Shown here: one piece after another, positions 18,004-27,511 of the stretch
How the letters are laid out: each line of letters begins with the position of its first letter
Position numbering within the stretch: the first letter of the stretch is position 1
DNA from: Clostridia bacterium
Lineage (GTDB): Bacteria; Bacillota; Clostridia; Oscillospirales; CAG-272
Reading direction: 5' to 3'
Assembly: GCA_017501245.1 (NCBI GenBank)
Contig: JAFVXI010000013.1
Span: 410,335 to 474,334, forward strand
Length of the DNA stretch: 64,000 nucleotides
The notes under the pieces: generated by a model
Told to the model about the DNA's origin: nothing
Database searches by the model: none
What the model saw: only the letters and a program-made list of their open reading frames with translations
Translations under genes and position numbers: made by a program

Positions 18004-18840
18004 ATGAACAGTGCAGTAAAGCTCTACACCGTTTTGGTGCTGATTTTTATAGTTTTATATTCGCTTGCCCCCGCCTTTGGCATCCTTGGGGTGGCGCTCG
18101 AGCTGCTCGCCTTTGCCATACCCGTCGCCGTCGGCTTCGTCGCATCGAGACGGTATAAGAGGGAAAGGGAGGAGGCGAAGGGGCTCGCCGAGGCTGAGTC
18201 CACGCTCTTCGGGCTCTCGGGGGATGCGGCGCTCGATCTTTTGCCGCTCGTCGCTCCCGCCGTGGCTCTCATCTTTCTTATCTCGTTTTTGACGAGCCTT
18301 CTGCTCGGCGCCCTCGGCATGACGGCAGACCACGTGGAAAACGAGGAGCTATGGAAGATGCTCTTACTCCACGCACTGATGCCCTCGCTACTCGAGGAGA
18401 TGCTATTCAGATATCTGCCGATGAAGCTTATCGCCCCCTATTCGAGGCGCACGGCTATTCTCATCTCCTCGCTCTTCTTTGCGCTCATCCATATGAGCCT
18501 CTTTCAGCTTCCCTACGCCTTTTTCGCAGGGCTCATCTTCATCCTCATCGACCTTGCGGCAGACAGCGTACTGCCCTCGATGATCATCCATTTCGTAAAC
18601 AACACCATCTCCGTCCTCTGGATCAAGTATGCGGCTGACCCCGGGTTTGCCACCTGCTACGTCGTCATCCTGGCGGCGCTGGCGCTCATCTCGCTAATCC
18701 CCATCATCATCCGCAGGCGGCGCTACGCCGCTCTCTTGAAGGACGTGACGGCAAAGGGCGAGGTGCTTACCGATTATTCCGCACCGCTTATATTGACCGC
18801 ACTTTCTGCGCTTCTGATGCTCGGCTCGATCCTCGTCTAG
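18004..18840 (+). CDS. CPBP-family (CAAX/Abi) intramembrane metalloprotease
   Basis: Multi-TM protein with the three family motifs EEMLFRY, FFALIHM and HFVNN. Confidence 0.8.
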   Translation: MNSAVKLYTVLVLIFIVLYSLAPAFGILGVALELLAFAIPVAVGFVASRRYKREREEAKGLAEAESTLFGLSGDAALDLLPLVAPAVALIFLISFLTSLLLGALGMTADHVENEELWKMLLLHALMPSLLEEMLFRYLPMKLIAPYSRRTAILISSLFFALIHMSLFQLPYAFFAGLIFILIDLAADSVLPSMIIHFVNNTISVLWIKYAADPGFATCYVVILAALALISLIPIIIRRRRYAALLKDVTAKGEVLTDYSAPLILTALSALLMLGSILV

Positions 18841-18904
18841 GCGCTATGCCGTAAGGCGGGAAGGGAGCAGAGAAGGGAAAAGCATCGGACTATCGATAAA
18901 GGCA

Positions 18905-18990
18905 GTGCCGATGCGAATGATCACGAAGCTAACGACATGGCGGTGCCGATGCAAATGATCACGAAGCTAACGACATGGCAGTGCCGATGC
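18905..18990. repeat. 38-bp tandem repeat, about 2.3 copies
   Basis: GTGCCGATGCRAATGATCACGAAGCTAACGACATGGCR at 18905 and 18943, with a partial third copy at 18981. It runs into the hairpin GCCGATGC-ttcggc-GCATCGGC (18983-19004). Confidence 0.85.
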
Positions 18991-19039
18991 TTCGGCGCAT
19001 CGGCGGTCGCCACAAATAAAAAACAACAACGGAGCAGCT

Positions 19040-19519
19040 ATGGATAAAGAGCTTATTGACCCCACCCTCGTAACCGAGGAGGATATAGCCTATATGCGTC
19101 GTGCGATGGAGCTTGCACGCTCTGCCGAAGAGATAGACGAGGTGCCCGTCGGCGCCATCGTGGTGAGGGACGGCAGGATCATCGCCGAGGCATACAACAC
19201 CCGTGAGACATCGAAATGCGCCACCCATCACGCCGAGATCCTCGCAATAGAGGAGGCCTGCCGTGCGCTGGGCGGCTGGAGGCTGATCGGCGCAACGCTT
19301 TACGTAACGATGGAGCCCTGCCCGATGTGCGCAGGAGCCATAATTAACGCCAGATTGCCAAGAATAGTTTACGGAACTAAGGATATTCGCTTCGGCGCCT
19401 TCGGCTCTCTCATCGATCTCGCCGCCGTCCCCCTCAATCATAAGCCCGTCGTCGTGGGCGGCGTCCTTGGCGACGAATGCCGTGAGATGCTCACGCAGTA
19501 TTTTAAGAAAAAGAGATAG
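19040..19519 (+). CDS. tadA: tRNA-specific adenosine deaminase
   Basis: CDA-fold zinc motifs HAEILAIEEA and PCPMCAGA. 159 aa. Confidence 0.9.
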   Translation: MDKELIDPTLVTEEDIAYMRRAMELARSAEEIDEVPVGAIVVRDGRIIAEAYNTRETSKCATHHAEILAIEEACRALGGWRLIGATLYVTMEPCPMCAGAIINARLPRIVYGTKDIRFGAFGSLIDLAAVPLNHKPVVVGGVLGDECREMLTQYFKKKR

Positions 19520-19598
19520 AGAGTATATGTGCGGCGGAGCAGTGATGGCTGCCGCAGTGCCGCGCTATTGACAAACCTTGCGTGCGTGTGATAAAATT

Positions 19599-20114
19599 AT
19601 GATTATGAAAAACGAGTATTTAGAATGCGGAAGAGTGTGCGGCGCACACGGAGTACGCGGAGTTTTAAGAATTGAGCCCTGGTGCGATTCACCGAAGGTG
19701 CTTGCGGCTGCTAAGCGGGTCTTTACCGCTCTTAAGGAGGGCGGATACAGGGAGCGTAAGGTCCTCACCGCTTCTGTCAGCGGAGCATCGGTGCTGCTCA
19801 GCATTGAGGGCTGCCCCGACAGGGACACCGCCATCGCCATGCGCGATACGGTGCTTTATATGCACAGGGATGATATCCCGCTTAAAAAGGGTCAGATGTT
19901 CCTCGCCGATATGATAGGACTGCCCGTCGTCGACGCCGACAGCGGCAGAGTTTACGGCAGCATCACGAAGGTCGAGGATGCGGCAAGAGGCTACCTATAT
20001 ACGGTAAAGACCGAGACGGGCGACGTCCTCTATCCCTCGCTGCCCGAGTTCTGCAAGGAGATAGATCCCGAGCGTGGTTTGCTCATCACGCCGATAGCGG
20101 GATTTTTTGACTGA
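19599..20114 (+). CDS. rimM: 16S rRNA processing protein RimM
   Basis: ORF 19578 (TTG); start moved to ATG 19599. GRVCGAHGVRGVLRIEP PRC-barrel protein. Conserved rimM-trmD pair. Confidence 0.85.
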   Translation: MIMKNEYLECGRVCGAHGVRGVLRIEPWCDSPKVLAAAKRVFTALKEGGYRERKVLTASVSGASVLLSIEGCPDRDTAIAMRDTVLYMHRDDIPLKKGQMFLADMIGLPVVDADSGRVYGSITKVEDAARGYLYTVKTETGDVLYPSLPEFCKEIDPERGLLITPIAGFFD

Positions 20115-20115
20115 T

Positions 20116-20883
20116 ATGAGATTTGATATAATGACGCTCTTTCCCGAGATGATAACAAGCACCCTCGGCGAGAGCATCATCGGGCGTGCGCAGGAGCACG
20201 GGCTCATTACCCTCGCCGCCCACAACATACGTGACTATGCGGACAACAAGCATAGAAAGGTGGACGACACGCCCTACGGCGGCGGCGTCGGTATGGTCAT
20301 GGCGTGTCAGCCCATTTACGATTGCTATCAGGCGGTCAGATCGGCTATCCCCGAGGGCGAGAGCGTCAGAGTGATCTATATGTCACCTAAGGGCAGGCGC
20401 TTCGATCATTCCGTCGCCACCGAGCTTGCAGGATATGACAACGTCATCATTCTCTGCGGCCACTACGAGGGCGTTGACCAGCGTGTCCTCGACGAGATCA
20501 TCGACGAGGATATCTCCATAGGAGATTACGTGCTGACGGGCGGAGAGCTGCCCGCCTGCATTATCGTTGACGCCGTCTCACGCTTAAAGGAGGGCGTCCT
20601 CTCCTCGAGCGAGTGCTACGAGGGCGAGTCTATTGCCTCGGGCATCCTCGAATATCCGCAGTACACTAAGCCGAGGGTCTTTCTCGGCAGGGAGGTCCCC
20701 GAGATCCTCCTCTCGGGCGATCACGCAAAAATTGACCGTTACAGGCTTGAATGCGCAGTTGATCTGACGAGAGAGCGCAGGCCGGATCTTCTCCTCCTCC
20801 ACCCCGAGATAGAGGAGTCGCTTAAGCCCAAGCCGAAAAAGAGAAAGAGAGGTGGCGGCAGTGGCAAGGCATCCGATAATTGA
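20116..20883 (+). CDS. trmD: tRNA (guanine37-N1)-methyltransferase
   Basis: Start at ATG 20116 (MRFDIMTLFPEM), 1 nt after the rimM TGA. Typical TrmD core with a basic C-terminal tail. Confidence 0.95.
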   Translation: MRFDIMTLFPEMITSTLGESIIGRAQEHGLITLAAHNIRDYADNKHRKVDDTPYGGGVGMVMACQPIYDCYQAVRSAIPEGESVRVIYMSPKGRRFDHSVATELAGYDNVIILCGHYEGVDQRVLDEIIDEDISIGDYVLTGGELPACIIVDAVSRLKEGVLSSSECYEGESIASGILEYPQYTKPRVFLGREVPEILLSGDHAKIDRYRLECAVDLTRERRPDLLLLHPEIEESLKPKPKKRKRGGGSGKASDN

Positions 20884-22633
20884 TTTCCTCAAGGGATACG
20901 AGCCCTCCGCAGAGGGCAAGGGCAAGCGCTTCGTCTCCCGTGAGATCTCGGGCAACGTCGGCGACGCCCATCCATCGCGCTTCTCCCAGCGGCTGAAGGC
21001 AATCGGAGGCGGCATCGTCGATCTGCTCTCCTACACGACGACGAGGACCTACGGCCTCTTCTTCGGCTCCTTCGGCATACTTACGCTGCTTGCGCACTTT
21101 GCGCTCGATTATTTCTCCTACACCTCCGTCGTCGATATCGGTGCTATGCTCTTTGCGGCGATAGTCACCGTCCTGTCCATCCCCTTCCTCGCCGTTGATA
21201 AGCCGATAGCGATCGCCACGCAGGAGAACAGGCTGACCGACGCCCTCTTCTTTGAGTTCTTCTGTATGCAGAGGATGCCGAAAAAGAGCGTTGCTCACAC
21301 GGTGCATCCGATCTTCGGGCTTCTCATCGGTGCGGCGCTCGCCGCCCTTGGCACGGTCCTACCCGTCTGGGCTGTCATAGCGAGCATCATCGTCGCCTAC
21401 TACGTCTATCTTGCGGCGATATCACCCGAGTTTTCCTTCTTCTTCACGATCCTCGTTATGCCATATCTGCCCCTCTTACCAAACAGCGACGTCATCCTCG
21501 CGGGGCTCGTCTTTATGACGCTCTTCTCCTTCATCAAAAAGACCTCGGAGGGCAAGAGGATATATTACTTTGAGAAGTATGATCTTATGATACTGATCAT
21601 GCTCGGCTTCGTCTTTATCAGCGGAGTTGTGGTCGGTGGCTTCGGCTCTGCCTCAGCCTCGCTCATTATGCTCCTTCTCGGCTTCGGAGGCTATGCCCTG
21701 ACGGGCAGCCTTGTCGTAAACAGAAGGATGGCGGACGGAGTCATTAAGGCTGTCATACTTTCCTCGCTCCCCGTGTCGGTGGTTGCCATCGTGCAGTGGT
21801 CGAGGGCGGCTATCGGCGGCAGGCTCTCAGCCTTCGGCGGCTCGAGAGGAACCTTTGACTCTCCCGACACGCTTGCGGCGTTTCTTCTCGTTGCGGCGCT
21901 CTTTATGCTCTATTTCGCCCTCAACAGGACCAAGAGGTCGACCAAGATAGTCTACGGGCTTTATCTTGTACCTACCGTCCTCGCCCTTGCGGCAACTCTG
22001 CGCCCCTGGCTCATCGGTGCGCTCCTTGGCGGCATCCTTGCGACGCTCGCAATGAAGGCGGGCAGGCTGTCGAAGCTCCTGATCGGACTCATAGCCTTTC
22101 TCCCCTATACGATGCTCTTTATGCCCTCCTCGTGGCTTAACTTCCTCGGTGAGGCGTCGGCTATGCGTGCCCTCGGCTTCGACCGTTATTTCCTCGTCTG
22201 GCTCGGCGCAAGAGAGCAGTTTGTGGATCACATCTTCGTCGGCGTCGGCACGGGAGACTGGACTGATGCCCCCGATAGTGCAAACTTTCTTTTACAAATC
22301 GGGTGCGAAGCAGGCGTTTTCGTGCTTGTGATGTTCCTTTTGATCTTCATCGTGCGTCTTGATCACAGGTCGGTCTACGCACCATATTCAAGGCTCTCGG
22401 AGGTCAGCTCCCTCGTCGACTTCTCAAACGTCACGATCATCGTGCTGATCGTCTGGGGCGTCTTTACCTCGCTGTGGACCTCCCCCGTCATCTACTACCT
22501 CTTCTGGTGCGTGTTCGGTCTCGGCAGTGCCGTGCTGCGCATATCAAAGCGGGAGTTCGACGGCAGGGTCAGCTACTTCAGCGACGGCTCGGATATAGAC
22601 TCGGCGTCGATAGACATCTCGCTGAAAAGATAG
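20852..22633 (+). CDS. polytopic membrane protein, O-antigen ligase/polymerase (Wzy_C)-like
   Basis: 593 aa with more than 10 hydrophobic segments and a late loop VWLGAREQFVDHIFVGVGTGDW resembling the O-antigen ligase family loop. GTG start overlaps the trmD end; the true start is uncertain. Confidence 0.5.
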   Translation: MAAVARHPIIDFLKGYEPSAEGKGKRFVSREISGNVGDAHPSRFSQRLKAIGGGIVDLLSYTTTRTYGLFFGSFGILTLLAHFALDYFSYTSVVDIGAMLFAAIVTVLSIPFLAVDKPIAIATQENRLTDALFFEFFCMQRMPKKSVAHTVHPIFGLLIGAALAALGTVLPVWAVIASIIVAYYVYLAAISPEFSFFFTILVMPYLPLLPNSDVILAGLVFMTLFSFIKKTSEGKRIYYFEKYDLMILIMLGFVFISGVVVGGFGSASASLIMLLLGFGGYALTGSLVVNRRMADGVIKAVILSSLPVSVVAIVQWSRAAIGGRLSAFGGSRGTFDSPDTLAAFLLVAALFMLYFALNRTKRSTKIVYGLYLVPTVLALAATLRPWLIGALLGGILATLAMKAGRLSKLLIGLIAFLPYTMLFMPSSWLNFLGEASAMRALGFDRYFLVWLGAREQFVDHIFVGVGTGDWTDAPDSANFLLQIGCEAGVFVLVMFLLIFIVRLDHRSVYAPYSRLSEVSSLVDFSNVTIIVLIVWGVFTSLWTSPVIYYLFWCVFGLGSAVLRISKREFDGRVSYFSDGSDIDSASIDISLKR

Positions 22634-22805
22634 CCACGATGGTAAGGGCATCTTTGCATTTTCGCCCCTACACCCCCGCCCCTGGGCGCACCCTTACGAT
22701 AGTTTTATGAAAATCTTTTTAATTAAAATTGTCGAAAGGTATTGATTTTGTCACGGAGTTTGTGATATACTTGTTTTACTAAACCTCTTAAGGAGATTAT
22801 TTCGC

Positions 22806-23069
22806 ATGGTTTCTCGCAACGTTACCATAAAGAATAGCCTTGGCCTTCACGCAAGACCTGCAACCTTCTTTATCCAGAAGGCGAACTCTTACAAGTGCTC
22901 CATCTGGGTTGAAAAGGAGGATTGCCGCGTCAATGCTAAGAGCCTGCTCGGCATTCTTTCCCTCGGCATTTCCAAGGACACTACCGTTACTATAATAGCA
23001 GACGGTCAGGACGAGGAGGATGCGGTAAACGGACTCGCCGATCTCATTGACACCGGATTTGCAGAGTAA
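22806..23069 (+). CDS. ptsH: phosphocarrier protein HPr
   Basis: 87 aa. His15 motif GLHARPA and Ser46 motif NAKSLLGILSLG. AAGGAG SD. Confidence 0.9.
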   Translation: MVSRNVTIKNSLGLHARPATFFIQKANSYKCSIWVEKEDCRVNAKSLLGILSLGISKDTTVTIIADGQDEEDAVNGLADLIDTGFAE

Positions 23070-23081
23070 GTTGATCTATAT

Positions 23082-23117
23082 AGGCGGTCTGCTGAGGCAG
23101 GCCGCCTGATTTTCTTT
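23082..23117 (+). terminator. intrinsic terminator of ptsH
   Basis: AGGCGGTCTGC (23082-23092) / GCAGGCCGCCT (23097-23107), then a T-rich tail. Confidence 0.8.
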
Positions 23118-23378
23118 ATTACGTATTGGCACACTCACCCTATCTGTGCGGAGCGCACGGGAGCCCATCGATCATGGGTGCCTCCCGAACCGTGGCTGTG
23201 GGAAGATAAGCAAGCGTAGTCGCTGCTTGCCGTGAGCCGATAAAAAAAGCATAGTCAGACCACCCTCGGTGTTGCGCCTAGCCGATAAAAGCATAGGCGC
23301 CACGGCGCAGGGCAGGGCAGCTTCAAAACGAAAAAAAAGAGCGTCGCAGGATAGAGAGATGCTCGGAGAGGAGAGAGC

Positions 23379-25232
23379 GTGACGGTAAACGAAAGACTGA
23401 GAGATAAGGCAAATTCGCTGCCTCTGTCTCCCGGCGTCTACATTATGAAGGATGCCGACGGCACTATCATCTACGTCGGAAAATCGAAAAAGCTCAAGAA
23501 CAGAGTCACCAGCTATTTCACCACGAATCACACCTCCCCGAAGACGGCGAGAATGGTCTCTCTCGTCAGAGACTTCGACTATATAGTCTGCGACACCGAG
23601 ATAGAGGCCCTAGCCCTTGAGAACACCCTCATCAAAAAGCACTCCCCGAGGTATAACATCAAGCTCAAGGACGCCAAGTCCTATCCCTATATCAAGGTCA
23701 CGGAGGGGGAATATCCCAAGCTCATCGTCACGAGGGACCGCAAGAGCGACAGAGGCAGATATTTCGGCCCCTATCAGGGGGCCTCGGCGGCGCACGCAGC
23801 TCTCGACGCCGTCGTCCGCATCTTCGCTCTCGCAACCTGCAAGCGGCAGTTCCCGAGGGATATAGGCAAGGAGCGCCCCTGCATCTACCGTGATATGGGC
23901 AGATGCGTTGCACCCTGCACGGGCGGCGTCAGCTCCGAGGAATACCGAGCCCTCGTCAAGCAGGCGGAGTGGGTCCTCGACGGAAACGTAAAGGCTACGC
24001 TCGAGAGCATAAAAAGGGATATGGAATACGCCTCGGAGATGATGGAGTTTGAGCGTGCGGCTGCCCTCAGAGACAGTATGCGTGCGCTCGAGCATCTGAC
24101 CGAAAAGCAGAAGGTCGTCGCCGACCTGAAGGTGATGCGCGACGTCTTTGCTATCTACACCACAGAGTGCGACGGCGTGCTCGCCATGCTCTCCATCAGG
24201 GGCGGCGCACTTATCAACAAAAACGAGTTCATCCTCTCCTCCTCCGAGCTTAACGGAGCCGAGGACGCTATATCTCTTATAGCAAACTACTACGACACGG
24301 CGGGCAACGTGCCTAAGGAGGTAATGCTCGATTTCCCGCTTGAGCGTGAGGATATTGAGCTTCTATCCGAGTATCTCACTCTCCTCGCCCATTACAAGGT
24401 CACGGTTAGAGTGCCCGAGCGGGGCGACGGCAGGAGGCTGTGCGACATGGCGCTTGAAAACGCCAAGGAATCGCTCCGTCAGCACAGGCTCGAGGGCGAG
24501 AGAGAGGGCAAGAGCGTCGGCAGGCTGGCAGAGCTGCTCGGCATGCATGAGACCCCTCGGCGCATCGAGGCCTACGACATCTCAAACTGGGGCAACGAGG
24601 CTATCGTTGCGTCCATGATAGTGTGGGAGGGCGGAAAGCTCAAAAAGAGCGACTACCGCTCCTTCACCATAAAAACCACGAAGGGCGCCGACGACTACGG
24701 CTCAATGCGGGAGGCTCTCTCACGCCGCCTCAGTCACATAGGCGACGGCAGCGCATCTCTCGGCGAGGCGCCCGACCTCATCCTCCTCGACGGCGGCGTC
24801 GGCCAGGTGCATGCCGTAATGGAGGTCATGAGGGAAATGGAGATAGACATTCCTCTCTTCGGTATGGTAAAGGACGACTATCACAAGACGAGAGCCATAA
24901 CCGACGGCGAAACCGAGATTTCCATCGCCAGAGAGATGAATGTGTATACGTTTGTTTACAATTTGCAGGAGGAGGCGCACAGATTTGCCGTCAAGCACTC
25001 CACGGGCGCAAAGACGAGAGGCTTAGTCAAGTCGACGCTCGAGCGCATAGAGGGCATAGGCCCAAGGAAGGCTAAGCTCCTGCTCGCCGCCATGCCGATA
25101 GGCAGGATCAAGGAAAGCTCCAAGGAGGAGCTGGCGGCAATAAAGGGCATCTCCGAGAGGGATGCCGTGCGCATCTACGACTACTACCACAGGGGGAAGA
25201 AAAATGCTAAGGATAATCACAGGAACGGCTAA
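23379..25232 (+). CDS. uvrC: excinuclease ABC subunit C
   Basis: GTG start. GIY-YIG motif GVYIMKD..IIYVGKSKKLKNRVTSYF. C-terminal HhH region. 617 aa. Confidence 0.95.
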   Translation: MTVNERLRDKANSLPLSPGVYIMKDADGTIIYVGKSKKLKNRVTSYFTTNHTSPKTARMVSLVRDFDYIVCDTEIEALALENTLIKKHSPRYNIKLKDAKSYPYIKVTEGEYPKLIVTRDRKSDRGRYFGPYQGASAAHAALDAVVRIFALATCKRQFPRDIGKERPCIYRDMGRCVAPCTGGVSSEEYRALVKQAEWVLDGNVKATLESIKRDMEYASEMMEFERAAALRDSMRALEHLTEKQKVVADLKVMRDVFAIYTTECDGVLAMLSIRGGALINKNEFILSSSELNGAEDAISLIANYYDTAGNVPKEVMLDFPLEREDIELLSEYLTLLAHYKVTVRVPERGDGRRLCDMALENAKESLRQHRLEGEREGKSVGRLAELLGMHETPRRIEAYDISNWGNEAIVASMIVWEGGKLKKSDYRSFTIKTTKGADDYGSMREALSRRLSHIGDGSASLGEAPDLILLDGGVGQVHAVMEVMREMEIDIPLFGMVKDDYHKTRAITDGETEISIAREMNVYTFVYNLQEEAHRFAVKHSTGAKTRGLVKSTLERIEGIGPRKAKLLLAAMPIGRIKESSKEELAAIKGISERDAVRIYDYYHRGKKNAKDNHRNG

Positions 25233-25782
25233 GGGCAAGAAGCTCCTCTCGCTCGAGGGCGAGGCGACCCGTCCCACCTCGGACAGGATCAAGGGGGCTA
25301 TGTTCTCGTCGATACAGTTTGATATAGAGCAGAGGAGAGTGCTTGATCTCTTTGCCGGCACGGGTCAGCTCGGGCTTGAGGCTATGTCACGCGGGGCGGC
25401 CTCGGTCACCTTCGTCGACTCCGAGAGAGAGGCTATGGAGATAGTTAAGAAAAACGCTATGACCACGGGTTTCTTCTCCTCCTGCCGCTATTCGGTCAGC
25501 GACTGGCGCAACTTCATCAGAAAGGCGTCGGGCAGAGACGTCTACGATCTCGTTTTCATCGATCCGCCCTACGCTATGGAGTGCTGCATCGAGGCGCTCG
25601 CCATGCTCCGTGATAAGAAGCTCATAATTCCCGGTGCGCTCGCCGTCCTGGAGTCGGGCACGGAGGATATGTCGGCTATATCCGAGCTACACGGCTTCGA
25701 GGTGCTGAAGTCGACGGCATACGGCAAAAAGACCGCCCTGCACGTCCTCATCTACCGAGGCGAGGAGGGCTTGGATGGCTAA
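25204..25782 (+). CDS. rsmD: 16S rRNA (guanine966-N2)-methyltransferase RsmD
   Basis: Start moved to ATG 25204 (MLRIITGTAKGKKL..TRPTSDRIKGAMFS). FIDPPY motif. Overlaps the uvrC end. Confidence 0.85.
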   Translation: MLRIITGTAKGKKLLSLEGEATRPTSDRIKGAMFSSIQFDIEQRRVLDLFAGTGQLGLEAMSRGAASVTFVDSEREAMEIVKKNAMTTGFFSSCRYSVSDWRNFIRKASGRDVYDLVFIDPPYAMECCIEALAMLRDKKLIIPGALAVLESGTEDMSAISELHGFEVLKSTAYGKKTALHVLIYRGEEGLDG

Positions 25783-26260
25783 GGATAAAAGGAGCGTCAT
25801 CCTCCCCGGCAGCTACGACCCCGTCACCCTCGGCCACCTCGACGTCATAAGGCGTGCGGCAGAGGAATACAGCGAGGTCTACGCCGTCGTGTTTATAAAT
25901 CCCGAAAAGACCTACACCTTCTCGGTCGAGGAGCGTGTGGCAATGCTGATGCTGGCAACCGAGGACATCGAAAACTGCATCGTCTCCTACTCCCCCGGCA
26001 GGGTCGTCGACTATATGCGTGACCACGACATCGACCTGATCGTCAAGGGCTACCGCAGCGACGCCGATCTCGAATACGAGCGGAAGCAGGCGGAATATAA
26101 CCTCCGCCACGGCTATGAAACGAGGCTCGTCCTCTCCGACCCCGCCCTCTCACATATCTCCTCCACCCTCGCAAGGGAGCGCATCCTCAGGGGTGAGAGC
26201 ACCGAGGGCATTCTGCCCGATGCGGTCGCAGAGTTTATTAAGGAAAGCGGCAGAGGCTAA
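25775..26260 (+). CDS. coaD: phosphopantetheine adenylyltransferase
   Basis: PGSYDPVTLGHLDVI nucleotidyltransferase motif. 161 aa. Conserved rsmD-coaD pair. Confidence 0.9.
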   Translation: MAKDKRSVILPGSYDPVTLGHLDVIRRAAEEYSEVYAVVFINPEKTYTFSVEERVAMLMLATEDIENCIVSYSPGRVVDYMRDHDIDLIVKGYRSDADLEYERKQAEYNLRHGYETRLVLSDPALSHISSTLARERILRGESTEGILPDAVAEFIKESGRG

Positions 26261-26319
26261 GCTTCCGTATCTCTGAGATAGCCTCTAGGGCAGGGAGGTC
26301 CCAAAACGAAAAAACAAGC

Positions 26320-26367
26320 GGCAAAGCGAGGCGCAAGACGAAAAAAGTCCTCTCTTTGCCCTTTTTT
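26320..26367 (+). terminator. intrinsic terminator of coaD
   Basis: GGCAAAGCGAGG (26320-26331) / CCTCTCTTTGCC (26349-26360), one G-U pair, followed by CTTTTTT. Confidence 0.7.
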
Positions 26368-26381
26368 ATATCGCTACGTCA

Positions 26382-26410
26382 TTGACAAACGCCTCGTGCG
26401 GGTATATAAT
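26382..26410 (+). promoter_or_regulatory. sigma-A type promoter of pheST
   Basis: TTGACA 26382-26387, 17-nt spacer, TATAAT 26405-26410. The leader of about 60 nt is too short for a T-box. Confidence 0.7.
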
Positions 26411-26472
26411 AATATTTTAGAGAATAATTAAAAATTTAAGATATTTTCTCCTATATCGAAAGGAAAAGCAAG

Positions 26473-27495
26473 ATGAAGGAAAGAATTGAACAGCTCTCGG
26501 GCGAGTTCGCAGCCGCCCTCGGCAAAGCGACCGATGCTAAGAGCTTAGAGGAGCTTCGTATCGAGTATCTCGGTAAGAAGGGACACGTCGCAGAGCTTAT
26601 GAAGGGCTTGCGTGACGTCGCTGACAAGAAGGCTGCAGGCCAGCTCATCAACAGCTTCAAGACCGAGGTGGAGGCTAAGCTCACCGAGGCGACCGAGGCT
26701 CTCGAGCGTGCTGCGGTTGAGGCTCAGGTGCGCGGCGCAAAGAAGTATAACCCCAGCCTTATCGCCGAGCGTGAGCTTGGCTCCTACCACCCGATCACTC
26801 TCGTCTCCCGTGAGGTCGAGGCGGTGTTTGAGTCGATGGGCTTTACTATTGAGGATTACGCCGAGATCGTCGGCGACTACGAGTGCTTCGAGGCGCTCAA
26901 TATCCCTAAGCACCACCCCGCAAGAGATATGCAGGACACCTACTATCTCGACAACGGTCAGCTGCTTAAAACTCACACCTCCGCGGCGCAGAACGCCATC
27001 ATGAAGAAATACGGAGCGCCCCTCCGTGCCATCTTCCCCGGCAGATGCTTCAGAAACGAGTCTACCGACGCCTGCCACGAGAACACCTTCTTCCAGATGG
27101 AGGGTATGATGATCGGCGAGGATATCTCGATCTCCAACCTCATCTACTTTATGAAGACGATGCTCTCCGAGGTCTTTAACAGAGACGTCAAGGTCAGGCT
27201 CCGCCCCGGCTTCTTCCCCTTCGTCGAGCCCGGCTTCGAGCTTGACATCAACTGTGAGATCTGCGGCGGTAAGGGCTGCCCCTCCTGCAAGAATTCGGGC
27301 TGGCTCGAGCTTTGCCCCTGCGGCATGATCCACCCCAACGTCCTTCGTGACGGCGGCATCGACATCGAGAAGTATTCGGGCTTTGCGTTCGGTCTCGGTC
27401 TGACCCGTCTTGCTATGATGAAGTACGGCGTTAAGGATATCAGAGACTTCAATTCCGGCAGCCTCAGGGCTCTCTCGCAGTTCAAGTCGCTTTAA
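26473..27495 (+). CDS. pheS: phenylalanine--tRNA ligase alpha subunit
   Basis: 340 aa. Class II core motifs (HPARDMQDTYY, FPFVEPGFE, GFAFGLGLTRL). Confidence 0.95.
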   Translation: MKERIEQLSGEFAAALGKATDAKSLEELRIEYLGKKGHVAELMKGLRDVADKKAAGQLINSFKTEVEAKLTEATEALERAAVEAQVRGAKKYNPSLIAERELGSYHPITLVSREVEAVFESMGFTIEDYAEIVGDYECFEALNIPKHHPARDMQDTYYLDNGQLLKTHTSAAQNAIMKKYGAPLRAIFPGRCFRNESTDACHENTFFQMEGMMIGEDISISNLIYFMKTMLSEVFNRDVKVRLRPGFFPFVEPGFELDINCEICGGKGCPSCKNSGWLELCPCGMIHPNVLRDGGIDIEKYSGFAFGLGLTRLAMMKYGVKDIRDFNSGSLRALSQFKSL

Positions 27496-27511
27496 GAAAG
27501 GAGAAGACAGG

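Noticed and set aside
23121-23378. LexA (Cheo-type GAAC-N4-GTTC) box upstream of uvrC
   Set aside because: Only a half-site-like CGAACCGTGG is present with no matching GTTC arm. The region holds several small hairpins but no recognisable SOS operator.
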